DNA from: a virus
Taxonomy: Duplodnaviria > Heunggongvirae > Uroviricota > Caudoviricetes
Reading direction: 5' to 3' (one strand)
Length of the DNA: 45,535 bases
IMG/VR virus record: IMGVR_UViG_3300029305_011610
Location: 77,395-122,929 of that record
The notes under the pieces are model-generated. The model saw only the letters and a list, made by a program, of their open reading frames with translations, made no database searches and was not told the DNA's origin. Below, in pieces: positions 31,013-39,374 of the stretch (position 1 is the stretch's first letter; each line of letters starts with the position of its first letter). Both the position numbers and the translations under genes were made by a program.

Positions 31013-32383
31013 ATGTTCTCAAGTACTGACGGAAAAACTATCCTTTATGGCTTTACAAATCAAACAATGCCAGTATATAAGCGGAGTGATGACGAGTTAG
31101 TTAGTGGAGCTTTTTATATTGCAGATGGTAATGGCAGTGCTCTGGGGGTCATGGCAGTTGTCATAACCGACGATGTTGTTGCCTATTTTAACACCACTGA
31201 AGAACTATCGTCACTTTGTACGTATGATTTTTGCGGTACGACAGCCCCGCCAAATACGACCGTCTATATTTCCAAAGGATTTGAAGCAGGTAGTATTGAT
31301 GCGCTGCTTTCCAATATTGTGGCGCAAGGCAAATCAGGTGATAATGGGGAATTTATAATCTCAAGCGTGCCTGGCTTTGATGACATAGCGTCTATATGGA
31401 TTCGCGTACCAGCTGAATATGCTCAGACCGGCAGTATTGTATGTTCTGTAGAGGCAAATTTAATTGACGTAGAACAAAATAACAACATCTTAGCCTATCA
31501 ATATATCGAAACGCAACAAGGGCCGATGACGTGCCCGACCTGCGGTGGTGCCGGGGCTATTGGTGAGGCTCAGTGCACAGTCTGTAAAGGAAGTAAATCA
31601 ATTCGAGATCCGCGCTACACGATTTCAGGCAGATGCAGCAAAGACATAATGTCTGTATATGTTAGTTCAATAGACAGTCAAAGCTTACTATCATATACAA
31701 ACGAAACGGTTAATACACTTTCATCCAATTTATTCGGCTCATGTGAATCAAGTAACGGAGAGTACGAGTTAAGTTTTATGCCCAAAGGCGGTGAGCTGTT
31801 TATTGTATGGGGCGTATCTGAAAGCAGCAATTATCTAACGATTGATAGATCCAGTATATCAGAGGGTTATGTAGAATGCTTATCTGCAGATACTTTAATT
31901 ACTATGGCAGATGGCAGTAAACGTCGCATTGATAAGCTACATATTGGAGATTTTGTTATGGATAAAGATGGTTGCCCAACTCCGGTGTATTCCATTTCAC
32001 GTGGTCGTTTTAGTCCATACTATACTATCTATACGTTCGAGGATGGTACGACCGTAAACGTGGTAAAAAGACATCGTTTTTTTAATGCAGATCAAGGCTT
32101 TTATCAATATATCGATAAATGGGGAGTTGGTGAACATGCTGTAAAGCAAAACGGCGAAAAAGTTGCTCTCGTATCAGAGGAACGCGTATACAAGGAAACA
32201 GAAAGGTTCGGCCTTTGGACAAAAAATGGCAGTTATTTTGCAAATGAAATCTTGTCTGGTATGGCATTTTGCAACAAAAAACTACTTGAAAATGCAACAG
32301 CCGAGCAAGCTGTTAATATGATGATGTCTATTGCAGAAAGTCAATTATTGCAGTTAATAGGGATAAAGGGGGTTTTGCCGTGA
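31013..32383 (+). CDS. Beta-rich protein with a DnaJ-like Zn finger and a C-terminal Hint (Hedgehog/intein) domain
   Basis: Block A CLSADTLITMADGSKRRIDKLHIGDFV at 31877, block B VVKRHRFF, block G-like SYFANEILSG without His-Asn, then a 40-aa tail. CPTCGGAGAIGEAQCTVCKG at 31532-31594. Confidence 0.8.
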   Translation: MFSSTDGKTILYGFTNQTMPVYKRSDDELVSGAFYIADGNGSALGVMAVVITDDVVAYFNTTEELSSLCTYDFCGTTAPPNTTVYISKGFEAGSIDALLSNIVAQGKSGDNGEFIISSVPGFDDIASIWIRVPAEYAQTGSIVCSVEANLIDVEQNNNILAYQYIETQQGPMTCPTCGGAGAIGEAQCTVCKGSKSIRDPRYTISGRCSKDIMSVYVSSIDSQSLLSYTNETVNTLSSNLFGSCESSNGEYELSFMPKGGELFIVWGVSESSNYLTIDRSSISEGYVECLSADTLITMADGSKRRIDKLHIGDFVMDKDGCPTPVYSISRGRFSPYYTIYTFEDGTTVNVVKRHRFFNADQGFYQYIDKWGVGEHAVKQNGEKVALVSEERVYKETERFGLWTKNGSYFANEILSGMAFCNKKLLENATAEQAVNMMMSIAESQLLQLIGIKGVLP

Positions 32384-33531
32384 AAAAATTAGTTCTTATA
32401 GCCGAAGAGAGTATTTTTTCAGGAGTTGTTAAATGCGGCATGGCAGAACTGGTTGACAGTTTAGCCAACTCTCTTGGTCAAAATTATGAGGTTACAGTAG
32501 TTTGTCCAGATGGCGATGGTGTGCTTGCGAAAACTGTTAGCGATATTAGAACAATTGAATACGGGGTTAAGTCGTGCAGGTTTTCTTGCGTTGACTATTA
32601 TATGATTAAGCCTAATATGTGGCCAGATAAAGCAATTGACGTCGTTAACAGGCTTAAGCCAGATATTTTTCATAACATGTCAGAGCCATGGTTAATAAAT
32701 ATGCTGAGCTCACGCCCACCAAAGGCTATCTATACTTTTGACTACGCTGAATTTGTAGATGGCAAAGAAGATTCGCTTGCTTATTATGATGCTATCACAG
32801 TTAATTCGAAAAGCTATGCAGGAAATATGATGAAAATGCGTAGCTCTTTAAGCTCTGCGCTGTCGTCAATGAATTTTAAAGGAATAACAAGCGGTATTCT
32901 TAATACTGTATTTGACCCTAAAAAAGGGCTTTTGCTTCCAATGAAGTACAGCCCTGATGATCAAAGCGGCAAACAAATATGTAAGCAACGACTTTTACAA
33001 ACGTATGGTATCTCCGGAAACCCATATATTTGTTTGTTAATGTGCAGACTAGTAGAGGAAAAAGGCATAGACGACGTTCTTAATGTAGTGGAAGATATCA
33101 AGAACAGTGGTGGTGTATTGTTGGTTGTCGGCAAGGGTGATGCAAAGTATGAAAAACGCTTTAAGGAATTCAAACGTTCCGATGGAGTAGTATATTTAGA
33201 TAAGTGGGCGTCACACCTACAGATTGCACCGCTTACATCTGGGGCAGACTTTTTCTTACAGCCAAGTATTTATGAGGCTTGTGGTTTAATGCCAATGACG
33301 GCAAGTTGTTATGGAGCAATCCCAATTGTTACTTTGAATGGTGGCTTAGCAGATAATTTTAATGAAGAGAACGCCATTATTGTCGATAATGGGTTGACAG
33401 AAGCTATTCATAAAGCAGCTTCGTTGTATATGGACAGTGATGCTTTAATACAAAAACGTAAGATTTGTATGGAGCAAGATTTTTCTTGGAATACAAGAAA
33501 GGCAGAATATATCGAACTATATGAAGAATAA
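32380..33531 (+). CDS. GT-B glycosyltransferase, glycogen synthase (GlgA)-like
   Basis: N-terminal KLVLIAEE...KCGMAELVDSL (cf. KTGGLADV) and C-terminal GADFFLQPSIYEACGL..M.A..YGAIPIV...GGLAD (cf. FEPCGL). At 383 aa it is shorter than typical GlgA. Confidence 0.85.
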   Translation: MKKLVLIAEESIFSGVVKCGMAELVDSLANSLGQNYEVTVVCPDGDGVLAKTVSDIRTIEYGVKSCRFSCVDYYMIKPNMWPDKAIDVVNRLKPDIFHNMSEPWLINMLSSRPPKAIYTFDYAEFVDGKEDSLAYYDAITVNSKSYAGNMMKMRSSLSSALSSMNFKGITSGILNTVFDPKKGLLLPMKYSPDDQSGKQICKQRLLQTYGISGNPYICLLMCRLVEEKGIDDVLNVVEDIKNSGGVLLVVGKGDAKYEKRFKEFKRSDGVVYLDKWASHLQIAPLTSGADFFLQPSIYEACGLMPMTASCYGAIPIVTLNGGLADNFNEENAIIVDNGLTEAIHKAASLYMDSDALIQKRKICMEQDFSWNTRKAEYIELYEE

Positions 33532-34192
33532 AGAAGTCGGAAGATTAAGGCATTTAGCCATCATCGCAGATGGGAATCGGCGTTGGGCAAACGCTAACGG
33601 GCTCCCTATTAACATGGGATATATTCAAGGTTTAACTGTGATTGAAAACTGTTGCCATTGGGCAATTCAGAACGATATCCCTTATCTTACAGTATATTGT
33701 TTTTCCACTGAAAATTGGAAGCGTCCTAAAAATGAGGTCAGTTTACTAATGGATTTGGCTCGTTGGTACTTTGAAGATAGGCGTGAATGGTATATTACAG
33801 CCGGCATCAAAGTTCGATTCTTAGGACGGAGAGATAGATTTGATAAAGATTTTATAGATAAACTTGAAAAAATGGAAAAAGCGACAAACGAAGGTACGAA
33901 AGTGACACTGACTATTTGTGTGGACTACGGCGGCAGAGACGAGATTGCGAGGGCTGTCGCTTCCGGAGCTAAGACAGAAGATGATATCTCCGCTATTCTA
34001 TCGGGTGAAGTGCCAGACCCAGATATTATATTGCGCACTGGAGGAGAGCAAAGGTTATCCAATTTCTTATTATGGCAATCTGCATATGCCGAACTGTTTT
34101 TTTCGTCCGTTTTATTTCCTGCCTTAGAATATAAGGACTTAGATGCATTACTGTGTGAGTATGCATGTAGAAAACGCAATTATGGTTGTTAG
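33521..34192 (+). CDS. uppS: cis-Prenyltransferase (undecaprenyl diphosphate synthase family)
   Basis: HLAIIADGNRRWA, YCFSTENWKRP, DYGGRDEI and DPDIILRTGGEQRLSNFLLWQSAYAELFF; all hallmark motifs are present. Confidence 0.92.
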   Translation: MKNKEVGRLRHLAIIADGNRRWANANGLPINMGYIQGLTVIENCCHWAIQNDIPYLTVYCFSTENWKRPKNEVSLLMDLARWYFEDRREWYITAGIKVRFLGRRDRFDKDFIDKLEKMEKATNEGTKVTLTICVDYGGRDEIARAVASGAKTEDDISAILSGEVPDPDIILRTGGEQRLSNFLLWQSAYAELFFSSVLFPALEYKDLDALLCEYACRKRNYGC

Positions 34193-34251
34193 TCGTAAGC
34201 CTATAAATGTTTACCATTCATAATGAATGAAAGTTGTAAAGGGGTGATAAA

Positions 34252-34890
34252 GTGTCAGTGTTAAAAACAAAAAAGAATGGCGTATGGATAGACGCTGTAA
34301 GTAGTATATTAGATGCCGATACATTGGATGGCAGGCATGCGAATGAGTTTGCGTCCATAAGTAGTGTTGAGAATTTAAATGAAAAACTGCTAAATATTGA
34401 CTCTGAAACAAAAAAAATAGCACAGGATGTTTCCATTATTAAAAATGGAATGGAAGATATTATTGTAACGATAACAAGAAATGATGACGAAACTTATTCA
34501 GCTGATAAAAGTTTTTCAGAGGTGTACGCAGCAGGATACAAGGTCAGAGCTGTATGGCGCCCCAATGATACAGACAGCTATATTTTTAATATCATTTCTC
34601 GTAACGAGGGTGCTATATATTTCCAGTCTGATGCTTTAGGTCAATCTTCAATTTATTTCCGCATTTATAGCGACGATACAATTGAGATGTTGGAGTTACA
34701 ATATGAGACCGCAAAACCTATTCCTGTAAGCGTTGCATCCACAAAAGACAGAGATAATGTAACTGTGACAACCACTTATGAAGACAGTAGTACAGAAATC
34801 GTCACCATTACTTTAGATAGCAATGAATATCCTATCTCAGTGGTTAAAAATGGCAATCAATGTGTATTAACCTGGGATGGTTTCTCCTAA
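34252..34890 (+). CDS. Tail fibre-related protein
   Basis: DADTLDGRHANEFA motif common in phage fibres, a short coiled coil, then a beta domain; GTG start with AAGGGGTGA. Confidence 0.55.
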   Translation: MSVLKTKKNGVWIDAVSSILDADTLDGRHANEFASISSVENLNEKLLNIDSETKKIAQDVSIIKNGMEDIIVTITRNDDETYSADKSFSEVYAAGYKVRAVWRPNDTDSYIFNIISRNEGAIYFQSDALGQSSIYFRIYSDDTIEMLELQYETAKPIPVSVASTKDRDNVTVTTTYEDSSTEIVTITLDSNEYPISVVKNGNQCVLTWDGFS

Positions 34891-34911
34891 TTATAAGGAA
34901 GAATAGATTAT

Positions 34912-35694
34912 ATGATTAAATACAAATACAATAATGTAGTCCTGCCAGTAATGCCTGACGAGCCTGATTATCCGCACGCCATAATAGTTGATACAGGGCT
35001 AAAAGACGATTTAGATGTAAACAATCCAGTATATGCAATCATATTCTCTAAAATGGAGTTTATAATCATCGACTCAACAATAGCGTATTTTGTGACAGAT
35101 AATGAGTGGAAATGTTACTTTGCATTAACCTCTGGTACAAAGTGGGCTCTTTCAGCAATAACCCCATCTGATCCAACTGCACAAATCGCAGGACTTTGTA
35201 ATACAAGCTCGTATGTTTGGTGTGGATCAGATATCTCCCAACTCCCAGAAGGAAACATTTATTACACCGGCACCGCCCCAGTAGAGATAACTGCAGCCGA
35301 CGAACCTGTTGCACTTTCTTCGTTTAACTCAGAATATACATATACAATTGGCTCCTCCCCTTCTCCTCTTGTAATAATTGCAAGCAATCCGCAACCGGAT
35401 GGAGGGACTGTGAGTTTTGAGTGGCATAAAAGAGTAAATGGGAAAGACGGCGGTGTTGTGAGTACGGAGCAAAATTTTTATCCACCGACAGATGAATTAG
35501 GTGCGACAGAGTACTATTGCCTTGTCTCAAATACTTTGAATGATACAATCACCACAGAGTACACGATCGGCGTTATCGTAACAATTATCGAGGTTAAAAG
35601 TGGACGCGGGCGGCTTATAGGGTGTATCTTGCGACAATGTGGTGTACCTATGGCTGAGCTTGTGGCAGATATGATTATAAATACAAGAGGATAA
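34912..35694 (+). CDS. Hypothetical structural protein with an Ig-like domain
   Basis: GTVSFEWHK...YYCLVSNT Ig-like pattern in the C-terminal half. Confidence 0.55.
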   Translation: MIKYKYNNVVLPVMPDEPDYPHAIIVDTGLKDDLDVNNPVYAIIFSKMEFIIIDSTIAYFVTDNEWKCYFALTSGTKWALSAITPSDPTAQIAGLCNTSSYVWCGSDISQLPEGNIYYTGTAPVEITAADEPVALSSFNSEYTYTIGSSPSPLVIIASNPQPDGGTVSFEWHKRVNGKDGGVVSTEQNFYPPTDELGATEYYCLVSNTLNDTITTEYTIGVIVTIIEVKSGRGRLIGCILRQCGVPMAELVADMIINTRG

Positions 35695-35763
35695 TGACTA
35701 CATCCTTGTTTATAGCCAACAACATAGCGCAAGTCGCTTTCACGGAGGTGTAATACATCAAAA

Positions 35764-36204
35764 ATGTATGTTTTCTTAATCAACGAAGATAATTCTATGA
35801 TTACAACCAAGGAGCAACGTATTGTTCAAAAAAGCAACCTTGTGGATGAACTTTGGTTTCTCACTTCCCCTACTTATAACGGACATCGTATGGAAGAATT
35901 TAATGCTCAGTTAGAGTATACTCTTCCTGCTAGTGGCAGGTATAGAAGTGAAACCCTCGTTCGTTCTGAGAATTATAACAATTATTTAAAATACATTTTA
36001 CCTGTTGACTCAGATTTAACTTCTGAAGCAGGTAATATTGACTTAAAGATTTCTTTTACACAAATGGAGAAGATGGACTCTGGGCGTATTATAAAACGAG
36101 TAAGAAAAATAATTCCGACAACAGTCACTATTATCCCAATTCTCGATTGGGACAATATAGAGTCTGAAGGCGAGCTTGATGCAGTCAATGTAGTGCTAAT
36201 CTAA
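35764..36204 (+). CDS. BppU-N-like baseplate adaptor protein
   Basis: 146 aa, GGAGGTG RBS, LKYILPVDSDLTSEAGNIDLKISF pattern. Confidence 0.5.
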   Translation: MYVFLINEDNSMITTKEQRIVQKSNLVDELWFLTSPTYNGHRMEEFNAQLEYTLPASGRYRSETLVRSENYNNYLKYILPVDSDLTSEAGNIDLKISFTQMEKMDSGRIIKRVRKIIPTTVTIIPILDWDNIESEGELDAVNVVLI

Positions 36205-36224
36205 CCCAAATTGTGAATTAAATA

Positions 36225-36258
36225 AAAAATGGCACCACATTATTGTGGTGCCATTTTT
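36225..36258. terminator. Bidirectional terminator-like hairpin
   Basis: AAAAATGGCACCACA-TTAT-TGTGGTGCCATTTTT. Confidence 0.7.
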
Positions 36259-36272
36259 GAGGAGGTTATTAA

Positions 36273-37979
36273 ATGCTTAATTATAAATCAAGGCATGTCT
36301 TCGGCCCCGAAGCTAATGTTGATGGCGCATTGTTGAGCGGTGACATTGATTTCTTTGATATACTATTTTTAGACGAAGGTAAAATAGGATGGATTACAGA
36401 AACTGGGGAAAAATTTATTATTGAAGATAAGGTTCAAGTACGAGTAGAAGATGAATTGCCGAACGAAGGCGTAGAAAATGTTCTGTTTGTATGCGGTAAG
36501 AGTTTATATGTCTGGGATGGGTCAGAGTACGTACTCATTGTTGATGATTACATGTCACTCGAAGACCGAGTAAGCAAACTCGAAGATGCATCTGGCCAGA
36601 TTGACTCCCATAACACGTCTGATAAAGCTCATGCTGATATCAGAAGCATTGTGTCCGACAACGCAAATGAGATAGCTCAGATAAAAAATGGTGCTGAGCT
36701 TGAAACTTTTGCAGATGTAGAATCAATTTTAATGGAATTAGCATATGGCATTTCAGGCGGTTCAGAATTAGAGACTGAAACTAACTTTATAGTTCCAGCC
36801 ATAAACGAAGTTCATTTTGAGTTAGATGAACTAAAAGAGGCACTTCAGGAGTTAATTATTATCGATTATACCAAACTTGAATTTGATGTTACCGAGCTTG
36901 TATCTTTAGCTCATATTTATGGCGTTTCCTGGGATAGAACAGATACTCCAGTTCTTACAAGAATAGATGAAGCAGCCTCATTCCCCTCCCCTGTCGTCGC
37001 CGTCGATACATCTGTGGGTAGCAGTCCGTTTGATAATTTAATGCCATGGGCAGGAATGGAAAAGATAACAGATGAAAATGGGCAAAGTCTGGTATCTATT
37101 CCTAAGTTCTGGTATAGATGGACCTCTACTGAAGATGCTCTAACTCTGCAAATTGCAGACGCCCCCGTCAATGGATTCCACGTATCTCCAATGCATGCAG
37201 ATCGTGGCGATGGGAAAGGAGAGCGTGATGTGGCTTACATCGGAAGATATCATTGCGCTGTAGAAGGAGCGTTAATGGGTAGTATCACAAATGCGTTACC
37301 ACTAACAGATGTACCAAGAACCGGAGCCCGCTATGGGATTACCAGCGCTGCTGGGGACGGCGGCTATTTCTTACAAGACTTTGCTGCATGGTGGACGATA
37401 CGAATGCTGTTCTTGGTTGAATATGCCACTTGGGATGGACAGGCTGTAATTGGAGAAGGCAATATTAGCGGTAGTATTGTTAAAAACGGAGCCACCGATA
37501 ATATGATCTATCATACAGGCATGGTTACCGTGGCAAATGGAGATGCAGGCAATCAGTATAGATGGATTGAGAATCCATGGTCAAATGTGGGCGAATGGAT
37601 CGATGGTATCACATTTGATGGTGCTGACATTTATATTTTCAATAATCCTGAGCAAATGTCAGATGATGTTACGGCAGAAGGTGCTGTCAAGCTCAGCTAT
37701 CAGAGAAGCACAGATGTTATGGGTTGGATACAAGATTTTGGGATTCCCGATAATGAAGGATTGGAATATGCCCTATATCCCACAAAATTAGCAGAAGTTA
37801 CGGACATGACTCCTAAGTATATTGGTGATGCCTGCATCGGTTCCTCTGGTGGTGTTGTTCTGGTTTCGGGTGGTGTCTATGCCTCTAATCCGTTCTATGG
37901 TCCGTTCATGTGCATCGGTGGCTATGGGGCTTCTGGGTCGTTCCCGGATGTTGGTGCTCGTCTCCAAAAACTCCCCTAA
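36273..37979 (+). CDS. DGR target protein, putative receptor-binding protein with a C-terminal CLec/FGE-like variable domain
   Basis: IYGVSW...LTRID, VSIPKFWY, YIGRYH, RMLFLVEYATWDGQAVIG, WIENPWSNVGEWIDG, ending GARLQKLP*; the VR occupies the last codons. Confidence 0.85.
   Translation: MLNYKSRHVFGPEANVDGALLSGDIDFFDILFLDEGKIGWITETGEKFIIEDKVQVRVEDELPNEGVENVLFVCGKSLYVWDGSEYVLIVDDYMSLEDRVSKLEDASGQIDSHNTSDKAHADIRSIVSDNANEIAQIKNGAELETFADVESILMELAYGISGGSELETETNFIVPAINEVHFELDELKEALQELIIIDYTKLEFDVTELVSLAHIYGVSWDRTDTPVLTRIDEAASFPSPVVAVDTSVGSSPFDNLMPWAGMEKITDENGQSLVSIPKFWYRWTSTEDALTLQIADAPVNGFHVSPMHADRGDGKGERDVAYIGRYHCAVEGALMGSITNALPLTDVPRTGARYGITSAAGDGGYFLQDFAAWWTIRMLFLVEYATWDGQAVIGEGNISGSIVKNGATDNMIYHTGMVTVANGDAGNQYRWIENPWSNVGEWIDGITFDGADIYIFNNPEQMSDDVTAEGAVKLSYQRSTDVMGWIQDFGIPDNEGLEYALYPTKLAEVTDMTPKYIGDACIGSSGGVVLVSGGVYASNPFYGPFMCIGGYGASGSFPDVGARLQKLP
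37830..37965 (+). repeat. DGR variable repeat (VR)
   Basis: 136-nt gapless match to the TR; 15 mismatches, every one opposite a TR adenine. Confidence 0.97.
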
Positions 37980-38006
37980 GGGGGTCTAAGGGGGTCGCAA
38001 CCCCCT
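37973..38006 (+). other. GC-rich hairpins downstream of the VR (candidate DGR target-recognition element)
   Basis: CCCC-TAA-GGGG (37973-37983) and AGGGGGT-CGCA-ACCCCCT (37989-38006), placed like the hairpin downstream of the IMH in characterised DGRs. Confidence 0.7.
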
Positions 38007-38060
38007 AAAATAAAATAACAATTTGGGACTGTATGTGTTCTGCGCCGACATCTGGTTTCT

Positions 38061-38196
38061 GCCTGCATCGATACCTCTGGTGGTGTTGTTCTGATTTCGG
38101 GTGGTAACTATGACTCTAATCCGAACTATGGTCCGTTCATGTGCAACGGTAACTATGGGGCTTCTGAGTCGAACCCGAATGTTGGTGCTCGTCTCC
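38061..38196 (+). repeat. DGR template repeat (TR)
   Basis: Five AAC codons; 24 adenines, none at third codon positions; diverges from the VR after CGTCTCC (IMH/IMH* junction). Confidence 0.97.
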
Positions 38197-38321
38197 TTAT
38201 ATAAGGCTTAGCCGTCTACTATACACATACTTTCCCGCACCTCTTGGTGAAAATAAGCTGTTAGGACACGGTCTAGTAGGATCCCCGAAAAACCGTGAAG
38301 CGAAATAAGGACGGTATTTTT

Positions 38322-39374
38322 ATGAAAAGAGTAGGAAATTTATGGCCTACATTAGTTAGTGATGAAAATTTAAAGGTAGCCATCTTTGAGGTTAATCGAA
38401 CGCATAGAAAGTACAGAATTGTCGACTGGGTAGAAAGAACTGTTGACGACCGTGTAGTTGAATTGCGAAACATCCTTGAGGAAGGTTTCTCTCCTGCTCC
38501 ATCACGTCACCTTGTTATATATGATAAATCTGCAAATAAAACAAGAAATATCCATAGTCCTCGTCTATGGCCGGATCAGTACATTCATCATGCACTAATT
38601 CAAGTATTAGAACCAATTATGATGCGTGGTATGGATCACTGGTGTTGCGGCTCTATCAAAGGTCGAGGTATTTCTTATGGTGTAAGAGGAATAAAGAAAT
38701 GGATGAAAAATGACAAAAAAGGCACAAAATATTGTGCCGAAATTGATATACATCATTTTTATGAAAGCCTCTCTCCTAATGTTGTCCAGGAAAGAATGGG
38801 GCATTTGATAAAGGACAAAAAGATCTTAGATCTGATTAAGCGCACAACCAGAGATGGCATTCTAATCGGCAGCTACTGTAGTCAGTGGTTTGCCAACACA
38901 GTCCTTCAGCCGTTAGATCATATTATACGACAGGAACTGGGAGTCTCTCATTATGTAAGATATATGGATAATTTTTTGTTGTTTTCTAACAGAAAACGTA
39001 CTCTGCATAAGGCGATAAAAAGAATACAACAGTGGTTGAGCCAACATGGCCTTAGGCTAAAAAGCAATTGGCAGGTTTTTCCTACGTCAAAGCGGCTTCC
39101 TTCCGCACTCGGCTATCGTTACGGTAGAGGGTACGTTCTTCCCAAAAAGAAGAATCTGCTTCGGTTTAGGAGGGCTTGCAGACGGGCTTATAAGCGATTA
39201 GTATCTGGTAAACAAATACATTATCGAATGGCTGCAGGAATACTAAGTCGTATTGGGAGCTTAAAACATTGCAAATGCTTCCGTGCAATAGCGGCACATT
39301 TATCGCAAGTACCGATGTGGTTACTTAAAAATATAGTTCGTCAGAACAGTATAAAGAAGAAGGTGATAATTTGA
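38322..39374 (+). CDS. DGR reverse transcriptase
   Basis: MKRVGNLW, RLWPDQYIHHAL, EIDIHHFYES, GILIGSYCSQWFAN, YVRYMDNF, LGYR; immediately downstream of the TR. ATG 38322 is preferred over GTG 38295. Confidence 0.95.
   Translation: MKRVGNLWPTLVSDENLKVAIFEVNRTHRKYRIVDWVERTVDDRVVELRNILEEGFSPAPSRHLVIYDKSANKTRNIHSPRLWPDQYIHHALIQVLEPIMMRGMDHWCCGSIKGRGISYGVRGIKKWMKNDKKGTKYCAEIDIHHFYESLSPNVVQERMGHLIKDKKILDLIKRTTRDGILIGSYCSQWFANTVLQPLDHIIRQELGVSHYVRYMDNFLLFSNRKRTLHKAIKRIQQWLSQHGLRLKSNWQVFPTSKRLPSALGYRYGRGYVLPKKKNLLRFRRACRRAYKRLVSGKQIHYRMAAGILSRIGSLKHCKCFRAIAAHLSQVPMWLLKNIVRQNSIKKKVII

Noticed and set aside
31877-32260. A true splicing intein
   Set aside because: There is no His-Asn followed by Cys/Ser/Thr at the end of the Hint domain and no endonuclease insert.
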